Of a stretch of DNA of 64,000 nucleotides, positions 54,342-64,000 are shown one piece after another (the stretch's first letter is position 1; each line of letters opens with the position of its first letter). A model generated the notes under the pieces. It made no database searches. It had not been told where the DNA came from and saw only the letters and a program-made list of their open reading frames with translations. The DNA lies in assembly GCA_947491025.1 (NCBI GenBank), contig CANLIC010000002.1:128285-192284 (forward strand), written 5' to 3'. The position numbers were made by a program, and so were the translations under genes. This DNA is from Myxococcales bacterium. Lineage in GTDB: Bacteria; Myxococcota_A; UBA9042.

Positions 54342-54839
54342 TCATCGTGGCACCGGGCGAATCGCCGCGAGGAGCGTGTCCGACTCGATGAGGTCCAAGC
54401 GCCACTGACCCCGCACGAGGCGCAGGGGCACCCGCGACGTGGTGTTGGCGAGGCGCACCTCCACCATGGCGACTGGCCCCGACTCGATCACCTCGGCGAT
54501 GTCTCCTTTGGGCAACAGAGCTGGGCTCGGCCGACCGTCGCGCAGGAGCTTCCAGACCCGGCCCGACTCCTTCTGAACCTTTGTGCCGTTGCGCAAAAGC
54601 GCTGCGGTCTTCGGTTCGCAGAGCGCCAGAAAAGCGTCGTCGTCCTGGGTCGATAGCGCAATCCGGGCCGCCTCGACCACCTCCGCGGGCTCATCGCGGC
54701 AGGCGCTGAGCAGACCGACGATCGCCAGATGGGCCAGCGCTGCCCACCGCGCGACGGGCCGGCGCGAAGGCGCGATCTTGGCGCGTGGCGCGGGTGGAGC
54801 AGGAAGGGGACCTTGCGGCAAGCGACGGAGACGGCCCAT
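54342..54839 (-). CDS. Small lipoprotein, hypothetical
   Basis: Start set at the ATG at 54839. The lipobox is AIVGLLSAC. The rest of track ORF 54342..55397 is a Pro/Arg-rich artefact. Confidence 0.5.
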   Translation of the reverse strand: MGRLRRLPQGPLPAPPAPRAKIAPSRRPVARWAALAHLAIVGLLSACRDEPAEVVEAARIALSTQDDDAFLALCEPKTAALLRNGTKVQKESGRVWKLLRDGRPSPALLPKGDIAEVIESGPVAMVEVRLANTTSRVPLRLVRGQWRLDLIESDTLLAAIRPVPR

Positions 54840-55011
54840 GGCGGCCAAACACCATGGCGCGGGCCCGACGTCAAGTCTGTGCACCGGGACCGCCCTGCCA
54901 TCCTTCCGTTGCGGTGTCGCCCACGGGGTGCTACGCCTCGGACCACAGAAGTGGCGGCGCGGCGTAGGCGGCACGGGGCCGCGGCCGTTCGCCGACGGCG
55001 CGGGTGCGATC

Positions 55012-55968
55012 ATGGAGCTCCGACTGCAGGCGTCCGGCGGGCGGCAGATCGACGAAGACGCGGTGCTGTTCGGCGTTGGAGCGCCTCCGTCGCGGTCCAT
55101 CGGTCGACAGGAGCGCTCAGGCGCGCGTGACGTGGTGGGCGCCAGCGGCGTCGACGGCGGGCGCTCCGGAGGCGGCGAGAGCGACCTCGGCAGTGGTGGC
55201 GACGTGGCCGGCGAAGGTGGCAGGCCCGGCGCACTGCGACGGCGGACCCGACAAGGCGCGGCGCTCGTCGGCGCCGGCGACGACGGAACGCGGGCCAAGG
55301 CCCCGGCGCTGGGTGGCCCACGATTTGTCGCCATCGCCGGCAACATGGGCGCGGGCAAGTCGACGCTGACCGGTTTTTTGGCCAGTCGCTTCAGCATCCA
55401 GCCCTTTTACGAGCCGAACGACGCCAACCCGTACCTGGCCGACTTCTATACGGACATGGCTCGCTATGCGTTCCACAGCCAGATCTACTTTCTCTCCGCG
55501 AAGTTCCGCGCGCACCTACAGCTCCGCGCCCTGATGGAGCGCCACCCCGGCGTCGTCTATGCCCAGGACCGCACGATCTACGAGGACGCCGAGATCTTCG
55601 CCGCGACCTTGGCGCGCTCGGGCACGATGTCGGAGCGCGACTTCGCCACCTACCAGGCGATGTACCTCGCCATCCGCGATTCGCTGCCCCGCCCAGACGT
55701 GCTGATCTACCTGCGCTGCAGCGTGAAGGGCGTCCGCCGGCGCATCATGAAGCGGGGCAGGCCCGAAGAGCGCGAGGTCGCCGACGGCTACCTGCGCGCG
55801 CTGCACGAGGCGTATGAGACCTGGTTCGAGCGTTACGACCTCGGCCCAAAGCTCGTCGTCGAGACAGAGCGCCTCGACTACCTGCGCGACATCGTCGATC
55901 AGCTGGCCCTGCAAACGCGCCTGGAGCAGATCCTCGGCGTCGTTGCGCAGCAACGACCCGATCCGTAG
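55012..55968 (+). CDS. Deoxynucleoside kinase
   Basis: IAGNMGAGKSTL P-loop, ERTIYED-like RTIYEDAEIF and the DRY-like region LIYLRCS. The start is uncertain: ATG 55012 gives about 100 low-complexity residues, and in-frame GTGs at 55132 and 55204 are alternatives. Confidence 0.7.
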   Translation: MELRLQASGGRQIDEDAVLFGVGAPPSRSIGRQERSGARDVVGASGVDGGRSGGGESDLGSGGDVAGEGGRPGALRRRTRQGAALVGAGDDGTRAKAPALGGPRFVAIAGNMGAGKSTLTGFLASRFSIQPFYEPNDANPYLADFYTDMARYAFHSQIYFLSAKFRAHLQLRALMERHPGVVYAQDRTIYEDAEIFAATLARSGTMSERDFATYQAMYLAIRDSLPRPDVLIYLRCSVKGVRRRIMKRGRPEEREVADGYLRALHEAYETWFERYDLGPKLVVETERLDYLRDIVDQLALQTRLEQILGVVAQQRPDP

Positions 55969-56004
55969 ACTGCTGGCGCCGCGGCACCCTACCGTCCTGC
56001 GGCG

Positions 56005-57939
56005 ATGGCCGCTGCGCGGCACGACGGAGGCCTTGGCGGGATGGACGAGGCGCAAGTTGTGACCCGGACAGGCGCGGTCGACCGCTCGCCGGCGGGCGGC
56101 GGAAGCAGTGCGACCGGCGGCGGAGGCGCGGCCATCGGCGCGCGCGGCGGCCCATCGTATGCGCCGTCTGTGCTCAAGCTGCCGAATCGGCTGACGCTGC
56201 CGGCGCGCCCGCAGCTGCTCGCCGCGCTCACGCAGCGCACCTTCGACCTCCTCGTCATTGGCGGCGGCATCACCGGTGCCGGCATCGCGCGCGACGCCGC
56301 GCTACGGGGCCTCGACGTTGCGCTGGTCGACCGCGGCGACTTCGCCTGTGGCACCTCTTCGCGCAGCAGCAAGCTCATCCACGGCGGGCTCCGCTACCTG
56401 GAGCAGGGCGATGTCGGCTTGGTGTTTGAGGCCGTGCGCGAGCGGCAGCGGCTGCTCGAGCTGGCGCCCCACCTCGCGGTGCCACAGAGCTTTGTGGTGC
56501 CGGTGTTCAAGGACAGCCGCTACGGCGTGCTGATGCTCGACCTGGGCCTGACGATCTACGACACCTTGGCCGCCTTCTCCGGTGTGCTGCGCCACAAGGC
56601 GCTCCGTCGGGACGGCCTGTTGGCGTGCGAGCCCTTGCTGCACCCCGAGGTGCGCGGCGGCGTCCGCTACTTCGACGCCCAGACCGACGACGCCCGGCTC
56701 GTGATGGCCAACATCCGCGGCGCCCACGAGGCCGGCGCGGTTTGCCTTTCGCGCGTCGAGTTTCTGCGGCCGGAGTTCGCGCAGGGCAAGGTCGCTGGGG
56801 CGGTGATGCGCGATGTCCTCGCTAGCGGCGAGTCGGCGGCGGGTGAGCTCCGCGTCAATGCGCGGGTTCTGGTGCTGGCGGCCGGGCCCTTCAGCGACGA
56901 GGTGCGGGCACGCCTGCACGGCGCCGACGGTCTGAGCTCAAAGCCGCGCCCGATGATCAAGCCCTCCAAGGGCGTCCACATCGTGGTGCCACGGGCGCGG
57001 CTGCCGCTGTCCGAGGCAGTGGCGATGACCGCCGCCGATGGCCGCATGGTGTTCGCCCTGCGCTGGCCGACCGTGTCCGTGATCGGCACCACCGACACCC
57101 CCTACGGGGCCGATCTCGGGAGCCCGCGGACGTCTACCGCGGACGCCGACTACCTGCTGGCGACGGCCAATGCCACGCTGCAGGCCCGCGGAGGACCGCT
57201 CCAGCGCGAGGACATCGTCGCGACTTGGGCCGGCATCCGACCACTGGCCATCGGCACCCGGGACGATGGTGGCGGCACCTACCGGACCTCGCGCGAGCAC
57301 GTCATCGAGGCCGACCGCGCCGGCATTGTCACCATTGCCGGCGGCAAGCTCACCACCTATCGACGCATGGCGGCGCAGGCCATCGACGCCGCGCTGCCGC
57401 TCTTGCCGGCCGAGCGCCGCTCGCGCGCCCTGCCCTGCACGACGGGGGAGCGGAGGCTGCCGGGCGCGGAGGGACTTGCGCCGGGCCGAGGCGGCATCGA
57501 GGCAATGGCGGCGCAGGTCGTCAGCGAGATCGGGCTGCCCGAGGCGCTGGCATCGCATCTGGCCCACAACTACGGCAGCGACGCCCTCGCTATCGCCGAG
57601 TATGCCCACAACGAGCCGGGCTCAGAGCGGCCAGTGATCTCGGGCGCGCCCACCCGATGGGCCGAGCTCGATTGGGTGATGGACAGCGAGATGCCGAGCG
57701 ATCTCGTGGATCTCCTCGTCCGCCGATGCACGCTCTACTACAGCGTCGGTGAGCGCATTCTCGAGGTTGCGCCAGCGCTCGCCGACCGCTTCTGCCAGCG
57801 CCTGGGCCTGCCGCCGGAGCGCGCGGTAGACCTGGTCGCCGGGTTGCAGCGACACGTCGAGGAGGGCCGGCTGGCGGACCCCAAGCTGGACTTCGGGCCA
57901 CAGCCTGCTGTCCGCGCCGGAGCCCACGATGTCGCTTGA
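56005..57939 (+). CDS. glpD: FAD-dependent glycerol-3-phosphate dehydrogenase
   Basis: DLLVIGGGITGAGIARDAALRG, GTSSRSSKLIHGGLRYL and the typical GlpD C-terminal domain. Confidence 0.9.
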   Translation: MAAARHDGGLGGMDEAQVVTRTGAVDRSPAGGGSSATGGGGAAIGARGGPSYAPSVLKLPNRLTLPARPQLLAALTQRTFDLLVIGGGITGAGIARDAALRGLDVALVDRGDFACGTSSRSSKLIHGGLRYLEQGDVGLVFEAVRERQRLLELAPHLAVPQSFVVPVFKDSRYGVLMLDLGLTIYDTLAAFSGVLRHKALRRDGLLACEPLLHPEVRGGVRYFDAQTDDARLVMANIRGAHEAGAVCLSRVEFLRPEFAQGKVAGAVMRDVLASGESAAGELRVNARVLVLAAGPFSDEVRARLHGADGLSSKPRPMIKPSKGVHIVVPRARLPLSEAVAMTAADGRMVFALRWPTVSVIGTTDTPYGADLGSPRTSTADADYLLATANATLQARGGPLQREDIVATWAGIRPLAIGTRDDGGGTYRTSREHVIEADRAGIVTIAGGKLTTYRRMAAQAIDAALPLLPAERRSRALPCTTGERRLPGAEGLAPGRGGIEAMAAQVVSEIGLPEALASHLAHNYGSDALAIAEYAHNEPGSERPVISGAPTRWAELDWVMDSEMPSDLVDLLVRRCTLYYSVGERILEVAPALADRFCQRLGLPPERAVDLVAGLQRHVEEGRLADPKLDFGPQPAVRAGAHDVA

Positions 57940-58819
57940 AGCGCTCGCTGGCACGGCGGGCTCCGCCGCTGACCTCTCCGTCGCCGACCCCACCTCCGGC
58001 CCTGGCGGGCTCGACCTCATCGCGCTGGTCACGGCGACGCGAGCCGTCGTCGAGGAAGCCGTCGCGCTGGTCCGCGCGATGCTCGAGCGGCCGGTGGACA
58101 ACTGGGCCAAGGCGGATCGCTCGCCGGTGACGGACGTCGACCTAGCCGTGGACCGGTTCTTGCGCCCACGTCTGGAAGCCCTCTTTCCGGCGGCGTGGCT
58201 CTCGGAAGAGACGATCGATGAGCCGGGCCGCTTGCAGGTGGACCGGGTGTGGGTGGTTGACCCGATCGACGGCACGCGCAGCCTGATCGAAGGCAGCGGC
58301 CAATTCTGCATCTCGGTGGCGCTGGTCGAGTGCGGCCTGCCTGTGCTGGGGGTGGTCGCCAACCCGAGCAGCGGCGAGCGCTTCTATGGCTGCCGGGGTG
58401 CAGGCGCCTTCGACGGCGCGGGACAGCGGCTACAGGTCTCGCAGCCGGCCCCTGGCGCGCGGCTCCGCCTGCTGGTGTCGGCGACGGAGCTTCGGCGCGG
58501 CCTCTGGCACGACATCGGCGGCGAGTTCGAGATCGCGGCCCGCTCCAGCCTCGCCTACAAGCTGGCGCTGGTGGCCTCCGGCGACGTCGACGCGACGCTG
58601 ACGCCCTGGCCGCGATCGGAGTGGGACGCCGCGGCTGGCCACCTTTTGGTCGAGCTCGCCGGTGGCGACGCCTGCGACATCGGCGGCCAGCCGCTGCGCT
58701 ACAACCGGCCGGCGCCCATTTTCGATGGCATCGCGGCGGGTGGCCGCGCGACGATGGCGCGTGTCGCGGACCTGCGGCGGGAGTTGCTCCGCCGTCGGGA
58801 GAAGCGGCGCGGCACCTAG
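57929..58819 (+). CDS. Inositol monophosphatase/CysQ-family phosphatase
   Basis: LSEET, WVVDPIDGT and WDAAAG motifs. It overlaps the glpD end by 11 nt. Confidence 0.85.
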   Translation: MSLEALAGTAGSAADLSVADPTSGPGGLDLIALVTATRAVVEEAVALVRAMLERPVDNWAKADRSPVTDVDLAVDRFLRPRLEALFPAAWLSEETIDEPGRLQVDRVWVVDPIDGTRSLIEGSGQFCISVALVECGLPVLGVVANPSSGERFYGCRGAGAFDGAGQRLQVSQPAPGARLRLLVSATELRRGLWHDIGGEFEIAARSSLAYKLALVASGDVDATLTPWPRSEWDAAAGHLLVELAGGDACDIGGQPLRYNRPAPIFDGIAAGGRATMARVADLRRELLRRREKRRGT

Positions 58820-58974
58820 GGTTGACCCCGCCCAACACCGGCGCGACAGTGGACCGGTCGCGGTGGCGGCCGGCGCAAGCGCCCCATGCCACACACCCGT
58901 CATGGGCCCTCAGCCTCGCCAGCGCCGCCTACGGGCGCTTCGCGGTCGGGGCCAGGGGCCAAGAGCGCCGCGCT

Positions 58975-59271
58975 ATGGAGTCAGCAGGGATGCAGCGTGC
59001 AGCCAGCGGCAGGCCCTCCAAGGCCAGGTGCGACGCGGCAGATCGGCGGCACGCCGGGCCGTGGCGCGCCGGGTGGACGGCGGCGTGGGCACTTGGCCTC
59101 GCGTCGATGCTCGCGGGCTGCAATCGGCCGTGCGACCAACTGGCACAGCGCCTCTGTGAGCGCTCTGGCAGCGATGAGGCCTGTGAAGCCTGGAAGGAGC
59201 GGATCGGCCGCGTACAGCAGGCGAGCTGTGAGGCCGGCTTGCGGGCGCTGGATCAAGAGGCGCTGCGCTGA
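58975..59271 (+). CDS. Small Cys-containing lipoprotein, hypothetical
   Basis: The sequence ...AAWALGLASMLAGC (lipobox) is followed by 49 aa: CNRPCDQLAQRLCERSGSDEACEAWKERIGRVQQASCEAGL... The stop overlaps the next ATG (TGATG). The start is uncertain. Confidence 0.4.
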   Translation: MESAGMQRAASGRPSKARCDAADRRHAGPWRAGWTAAWALGLASMLAGCNRPCDQLAQRLCERSGSDEACEAWKERIGRVQQASCEAGLRALDQEALR

Positions 59272-61136
59272 TGCAACCGCTCGAAAAGCTGCGCGAGTGG
59301 CTGCCTTTGCCTGGACCGCGGCCGCTGTGGTGGGCCGTGTCGCTGGTCGCTTGCATGCTGCCCTTCGTCGCTCAGCTGCAGTCGGAACGAGGGCCGGGGC
59401 CGGACTCCGCCTACGGCGCGCTGCGCATGGAGATCCGCCTCGGAAGCCTTGAGGCGCTCAAGCCCGCGATCGGCGGCGACTCGGCTTCCCTCATGGGCCG
59501 GCGAGAGCAGGCGACGGATGAACCAGCCCCACGGGTCCCGCCGGACGCCCACACGGCCACAGACGCGCCAGGGGCTCCGACGGCGCTGACCCTCGCGGCG
59601 CTGCCGACCCCAACCACTGCCGCCGAGACCGGCGCCCTTGCCCTGCTGCCCGGCGCGCCGACGGCGCTCGCGCTGGCGGACACGCAGAGGGCGCTCGCGA
59701 TCCCCGGCGCCCCGACCGACCACGACCTGGCGTTGGCCGAAGCGCCGCTTGCGGGCGCGGTGACGCTGGCGGCGGCGCCGACTGCCCTCCATGCCGCAGC
59801 GACGACAACGGATGACAGCAACGGTCCGACCATGCGGGCAACCCGCGGCGCCGACCGCATCGACGCCGCCCTGATGGAGGCGACCTTGGCGCAGCTGCGC
59901 CAGTGGCACGACCGCGCGCTGCGGCTGGAAGAAGCGAGCCCGAGCCTCGGCAGGTTGGCGCGGGGCGAGGTGATCGCTGCCGCCGTGGCGCGAAGCGCGC
60001 CGCAGCTCGCGGCCGCATTCGCCAGCGTCGGCAGCGCAGACGCGCTGGACGAAGACGCTCGCGCCGCCCTCGCCGCCTGTGGCCGCGCCGCGCCGCCAGC
60101 CGCGCTCGCCCTCGAGGACGCCATAGGGCGCGCCCGCCGCGAGCGCTTCGGCCACGCCTGGAGCAACGTGGTGCGCGAGCGCGTCCGGGCGCGTCTCGGC
60201 CAGTTGGCGGGCGATGCGCCGTTGTCGCGCTCCGCCCATGAACGGCTCTTTGAGCTCGAGCGGACGGTGCTCCTGCCCATCACGACGCTCTCGGCGATGG
60301 GCTCGCTGGCGCTCATGGTCGGCATCGCCGCGTGGGCGTGGCTGTTGACCTTCGGCCTGATGGCGCGGCGCCGCGGAGGGAGCTTCTGGATGGCCATCAC
60401 CGCGCGACTCGGTGCCGGCCTGCCGATTCCGCCCTGGCCGCGAGATCCGCTGTTGCCCTGGCTCGGCGTCGGCACGTGGCTCGCCGGCACGCTGCTCGCC
60501 GGCCTGCTGATGGCGTTGCTACCGTCTGCCCGCGATGGTGGCGGCCTGGCGATGTTGTTCCAGGGGCTCGCCGGGGTGTTGGTGGCGTGGGCCCTGGTCT
60601 CGGCCTTTGCCCGCGCGGCATCGCCCGCTGAAGCCGCCGGGCTCTTGGGCGACGACGAAGTGGGCGGGGCTTGGAGAGGCAGCACCTCTGCATTGTTGGG
60701 CTATTGCCTGCTGCTGCCGGTCCTCGGCGTGGCGGCGCTCCTGCAGCTTCAGCTGCCTGGCGGGCCCGAGGCGGATGGAAACGCTTCGCTGCATCCGGTC
60801 GCCAATCTGCTGCTCGAGGACGGCAGCGGGCTGCAGGTCGCTGCGCTTGGGCTCGCCGTCATCGTCGCTGCGCCGATCGGTGAGGAGTTGGTCTTCCGGG
60901 CCTTTTTTTCCCGCGTCCTGCGCGGCCTGTATGGCGTGCGCGTCGCCCTTTTCGTCAGCACGGCGGCGTTCGCTGCGCTGCACTTGGCCCCGCAGCTGCT
61001 GTTGCCGTACGTGGTGCTCGGGCTCGCGTTCGGATTGGCGCTCGAGATCACCGGCAACCTGTGGACCTGCATCTTCTTGCACGCGCTCTGGAACGGCTCG
61101 GTCTTCGCGGCGCTGGTGCTGGTCTCGCGGCTCTGA
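59271..61136 (+). CDS. CPBP-family (CAAX/Abi) intramembrane glutamic protease with a long N-terminal extension
   Basis: The C-terminus has PIGEELVFRAFF, FAALHL and FLHALWN motifs within multiple TM helices. The N-terminal portion of about 330 aa is Ala/Pro-rich, with GAPTAL(T/A)LA repeats. Confidence 0.75.
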   Translation: MQPLEKLREWLPLPGPRPLWWAVSLVACMLPFVAQLQSERGPGPDSAYGALRMEIRLGSLEALKPAIGGDSASLMGRREQATDEPAPRVPPDAHTATDAPGAPTALTLAALPTPTTAAETGALALLPGAPTALALADTQRALAIPGAPTDHDLALAEAPLAGAVTLAAAPTALHAAATTTDDSNGPTMRATRGADRIDAALMEATLAQLRQWHDRALRLEEASPSLGRLARGEVIAAAVARSAPQLAAAFASVGSADALDEDARAALAACGRAAPPAALALEDAIGRARRERFGHAWSNVVRERVRARLGQLAGDAPLSRSAHERLFELERTVLLPITTLSAMGSLALMVGIAAWAWLLTFGLMARRRGGSFWMAITARLGAGLPIPPWPRDPLLPWLGVGTWLAGTLLAGLLMALLPSARDGGGLAMLFQGLAGVLVAWALVSAFARAASPAEAAGLLGDDEVGGAWRGSTSALLGYCLLLPVLGVAALLQLQLPGGPEADGNASLHPVANLLLEDGSGLQVAALGLAVIVAAPIGEELVFRAFFSRVLRGLYGVRVALFVSTAAFAALHLAPQLLLPYVVLGLAFGLALEITGNLWTCIFLHALWNGSVFAALVLVSRL

Positions 61137-61147
61137 GCGCGAGCCAG

Positions 61148-61681
61148 GTGAGCGCCACCAATCGAGAGGGCGGGGCGGGAGGGCCGGGGGTGGCGCAGTG
61201 GACCGTTGACGAGGCGCACCAGCGGCTGCAGTCCGGGCTCGCGCCGCTGGTCGACCTGCGAAGTGCCGAGGAGCGACAGAGCGGCGGCGCGCCCCACGCC
61301 CTGCCCTTGCCCATGGTCGAGTTCGACCTCCTGGGGCGCCAGCGCCCCGTGCCCGGCTTCGGCGCAGCGTTGGCAGCGCTGGCCAAGGCAGCGAAGGCCC
61401 CGCCGATGTTGATCTGCGCGCAGGGCCTGCGGTCGCGGCAAGCCGCGGCGTGGCTGGCGTTGCAGGGCATCGCCTGCGACGAGGTCCCGGGCGGATTCGA
61501 GGGTGCCGAGCCCGAGTTAGGCCTCCCGCCCCCTCTCCGTCTCGGCTGGCGCGCTGCCGGCCTGCCCTGGGTGAGCGGGGCGAGCGGCGGGGCCCGTCGC
61601 GGCAGGGACGACGGGGGCGATGGCGCCCGAAGCGCCCAAGCGACTCCAGGGGAGTCCGACGGGGGCGCCGGCGGCGTGTGA
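61148..61681 (+). CDS. Rhodanese-domain protein
   Basis: LVDLRSAEE...MLICAQGLRSRQAAAWL...VPGGFEG contains the active-site loop CxxGxRS. The start is uncertain (GTG 61148 or 61190). Confidence 0.6.
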   Translation: MSATNREGGAGGPGVAQWTVDEAHQRLQSGLAPLVDLRSAEERQSGGAPHALPLPMVEFDLLGRQRPVPGFGAALAALAKAAKAPPMLICAQGLRSRQAAAWLALQGIACDEVPGGFEGAEPELGLPPPLRLGWRAAGLPWVSGASGGARRGRDDGGDGARSAQATPGESDGGAGGV

Positions 61682-61803
61682 GAGGGGCGCGGACACCCCG
61701 AATGCCCCGCCGCGGCGCCAATGTCGTGGCGCTGTGCCGCAAAGGATGCTAACGTCGTCGGCCCGTCGGCGTTGCCATACCCGCGCGCCAAGGAGGACCC
61801 TTC

Positions 61804-64000
61804 ATGCAGTCCGCGCCCCAGCTCTCCTCCGCGTCCTCGCAGGCCCCCCTCGCCGCTGCGTGGCGGCTCACGTGGACCGACCGGGCGCGCATCGCGCTGG
61901 CGCTGTCGGTCACCGCGGCTGCGTTGGCCTGCAGCGAGGACACCGCCGGCAAGAACGGTGCGAAGGCTCCCAAGACCTACGGCTTGCCGTCTGGGGTGCT
62001 GAACACCCTGAATCAGCTCGACACCAGCCTCTCCACGGCCGATGTCGCGGCGGGCGAGACGGTCATCGTCGGCTGTGTCGGCCAACCGGGCGTGGTACCG
62101 ATCCCCGAGCCGGAGTACGCGGTGACCCGTGCCGATGGCGGAGCTGCTGAGGGCGTGGCGATCGCGGGCGACAAGCTGACGGTCACGCGCGCCGGCAGCT
62201 ACCTCGTCGGGTGCACACTGCACGGCGGCAAGGTCAAAGACGACTCGCCAGCGACGCTGCTGGTGCGGCCTGGCCAGGCCATTCAGGTATCGGCCAAGGT
62301 CGACCCGACCAAGATTGGCGCCGGCGCCAAGTCGACCATCCTGTGCTCGGGCAAGGATTCGCACGGCAACGAGATCGCGTCGGACACCGAGGGCTGGAGC
62401 GCGACCATCGAGCCGTCGGACGCGGGCGTGGTCAGCGGGCTTGAGGTCGAGGGACGCAAGGTCGGGACCGCCAAGGTCTTCTGCGAGCTGGCTGCAGCCG
62501 CCGAGGCCGAGTCGACCCCCGCGTCGCTTGAGGTCATCGCCGGTGCGCCGGCCAAGACCCTGGCGACGGTCACCCCTGCGAAGTTCGTCGCCGGCGACGC
62601 GGCGGGCGCTGAGGTCAGCTGCGCCGTCACCGACGCCTACGGCAACCCGGTGAGCGCTGGCGAAGTGACGGTCGGCGTGCCGGCCGGGCTGACCTTGGCC
62701 GGCAAGAAGGTGACGTCCGACAAGTCCGGCAAGTACGAGATCGCCTGCGATGTCGCGGGCCTGAAGGTCGAGAAGACGCCCGGCAAGCTGCAAGTGACCC
62801 CAGCGGACCCGATCGAGTGGCAGCTCGAGGCCAAGACCATCAAGCCGGTCTACGCCGCTGGCGATATCATCGTGTTGGTTGGCCGCGGCAAGGACAAGTT
62901 CGGAAATGAAATCATCAATATGGCCACTCAAGCGCCGGCGACGTATGATCCGGCGGACCAGGTCATTGAGAACAAGAGCGATGGTGTGACCAAGAGCTAC
63001 AAGCTCAAGGGTGACGGCAACTTCACCTTTACCACGACGCTCTCGAACGAGGTGTTCGGCGAGCTCGCCAAGACGCTCGGCCCGCGCACCTTCAAGCTCA
63101 AGGCCGACTCGACCGGGCCGATGGTCCTCATCACCGAGCCCAAGCGCGCCGCGACGCTAGACGGCCCGGCCAAGGTGAAGGTCAAGGGCATGGTGGTGGA
63201 CGAGCTCTCAGCCGTGAAGTCGTTCGTCGTCGGCAATCAGCCGGTCAAGGTCGAGAGCGACGGCAGCTTCTCCTTTGAGATCGAGAGCGTGCAGGGCATG
63301 AACCCCCTGATCTGGAAGGCACTCGACGAGTGGAGCAACGAGTCCTTCGGCGTGCAAACCTGGTACTACTCGACGGTCTGGCTCCCAGCGGCGGCGACTC
63401 CGGTCGAGAACGCGATGGTCAAGGACGGCATCGGCGTGTGGATGTCGCAGACGATCCTCGACTCGGGCAAGCACGACCACAAGGCGCCCAAGGACATCGC
63501 CACCGTCGCCGAGATCATCCTCGGCACGCTCGACTTCGGCGCCTTGCTCGCCGGCGCGGGCGGCGGCTCCAATGGCTACTTCTTGCCGATTAACACCCAG
63601 GTGGTCGCCACCAAGGTGACCGGCGGCGCCAAGATCGCCAACGTCAAGATGGGCGACAAAGCCTTTAACGGCGGGTATCCCCAGGTGAGCATGACCGTCA
63701 TCGACGGCGGCGTGCACCTGGTGGCCAAGATTCACAAGTTCAGCGCTGATGTGGTGCTGGAGGTGACGCTCGACACGCCGCCGCTGCCCAAGTCCAACGC
63801 CAACCAGACCGCGACCATGACCGCCAAGAGCATCGAGATCTCGATGGACCTGATGCTGGCGCTGGATCCGGCGACCGGCAAGGTCAAGAGCGAGGCCAAG
63901 TCGGTCGATCTCAACCTCGTCGACCTGGACATCCAGCTCTCTGGCGTCCTCGGCTTCCTCACCAACTGGCTGCTCAAGGCCATGGGACCGCTCCTGGAGA
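61804..64000 (+). CDS. Ig-like (Big-type) repeat lipoprotein, partial. It runs off the right edge, so it is absent from the ORF track.
   Basis: Hand translation from the ATG at 61804, after AAGGAGG. It reads MQSAPQLSS...IALALSVTAAALAC (lipobox), then repeated units of about 90 aa such as VSAKVDPTKIGAGAKSTILCSGKDSHGNEI... and VSCAVTDAYGNPVSAGEVTV... No stop occurs to position 64000. Confidence 0.7.
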   Translation, partial: MQSAPQLSSASSQAPLAAAWRLTWTDRARIALALSVTAAALACSEDTAGKNGAKAPKTYGLPSGVLNTLNQLDTSLSTADVAAGETVIVGCVGQPGVVPIPEPEYAVTRADGGAAEGVAIAGDKLTVTRAGSYLVGCTLHGGKVKDDSPATLLVRPGQAIQVSAKVDPTKIGAGAKSTILCSGKDSHGNEIASDTEGWSATIEPSDAGVVSGLEVEGRKVGTAKVFCELAAAAEAESTPASLEVIAGAPAKTLATVTPAKFVAGDAAGAEVSCAVTDAYGNPVSAGEVTVGVPAGLTLAGKKVTSDKSGKYEIACDVAGLKVEKTPGKLQVTPADPIEWQLEAKTIKPVYAAGDIIVLVGRGKDKFGNEIINMATQAPATYDPADQVIENKSDGVTKSYKLKGDGNFTFTTTLSNEVFGELAKTLGPRTFKLKADSTGPMVLITEPKRAATLDGPAKVKVKGMVVDELSAVKSFVVGNQPVKVESDGSFSFEIESVQGMNPLIWKALDEWSNESFGVQTWYYSTVWLPAAATPVENAMVKDGIGVWMSQTILDSGKHDHKAPKDIATVAEIILGTLDFGALLAGAGGGSNGYFLPINTQVVATKVTGGAKIANVKMGDKAFNGGYPQVSMTVIDGGVHLVAKIHKFSADVVLEVTLDTPPLPKSNANQTATMTAKSIEISMDLMLALDPATGKVKSEAKSVDLNLVDLDIQLSGVLGFLTNWLLKAMGPLLE

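Noticed and set aside
59411-62931. Minus-strand ORFs of 424, 407 and 627 aa (59411..60685, 60519..61742, 61048..62931)
   Set aside because: They are antisense to the CPBP protease, the rhodanese and the Ig-like lipoprotein genes. They are Arg/Pro/Ala-rich with no motifs.
62899-62932. Patch of A/T-ending codons (TTC GGA AAT GAA ATC ATC AAT ATG GCC ACT CAA) in the last gene
   Set aside because: It is only about 11 codons, stays in frame and has no flanking repeats. That is too short to distinguish chance from a recombination patch.

Overview
High-GC (about 70% by eye) bacterial chromosomal segment. The gene content suggests Myxococcota: Cys-rich secreted lipoproteins, Ser/Thr-kinase-type proteins and paired beta-barrel OMPs. 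That assignment is an inference, not a database result. I support about 50 protein genes and one tRNA-Ala(GGC). Most long ORFs in the six-frame track are antisense or out-of-frame artefacts of GC richness. Two real genes run off the window edges and are missing from the track: 1..1862 (-) and 61804..64000 (+). The backbone is housekeeping: plsX, lon, nth, valS, rpoZ, greA, tsaE, mgtE, psd, mtnP, glpD, a THUMP RNA methyltransferase and others. These genes are tightly packed, with many ATGA or TGATG start/stop overlaps. I saw no CRISPR array, rRNA, transposase or integrase. The stand-out region is 17.7-30.3 kb, holding five co-directional genes for secreted proteins only. Two are Cys-rich repeat lipoproteins, one of 1428 aa. 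The other three are tandem paralogs of about 650 aa with a conserved fibre-like stalk and a P-domain-like module, but different C-terminal heads. One head is TLDc-like and two are divergent C1q/TNF-like. I propose this as a candidate undescribed extracellular recognition/adhesion module with swappable tips. The function is an inference from sequence only. Secondary oddities include a somatomedin-B-like cysteine pattern in two lipoproteins, a porin with a Cys/His-rich N-terminal extension encoded by 30-bp repeats, and a degenerate kinase coupled to a class II aldolase. There are also a small Cys lipoprotein coupled to a CPBP protease, and several intergenic repeats and palindromes.
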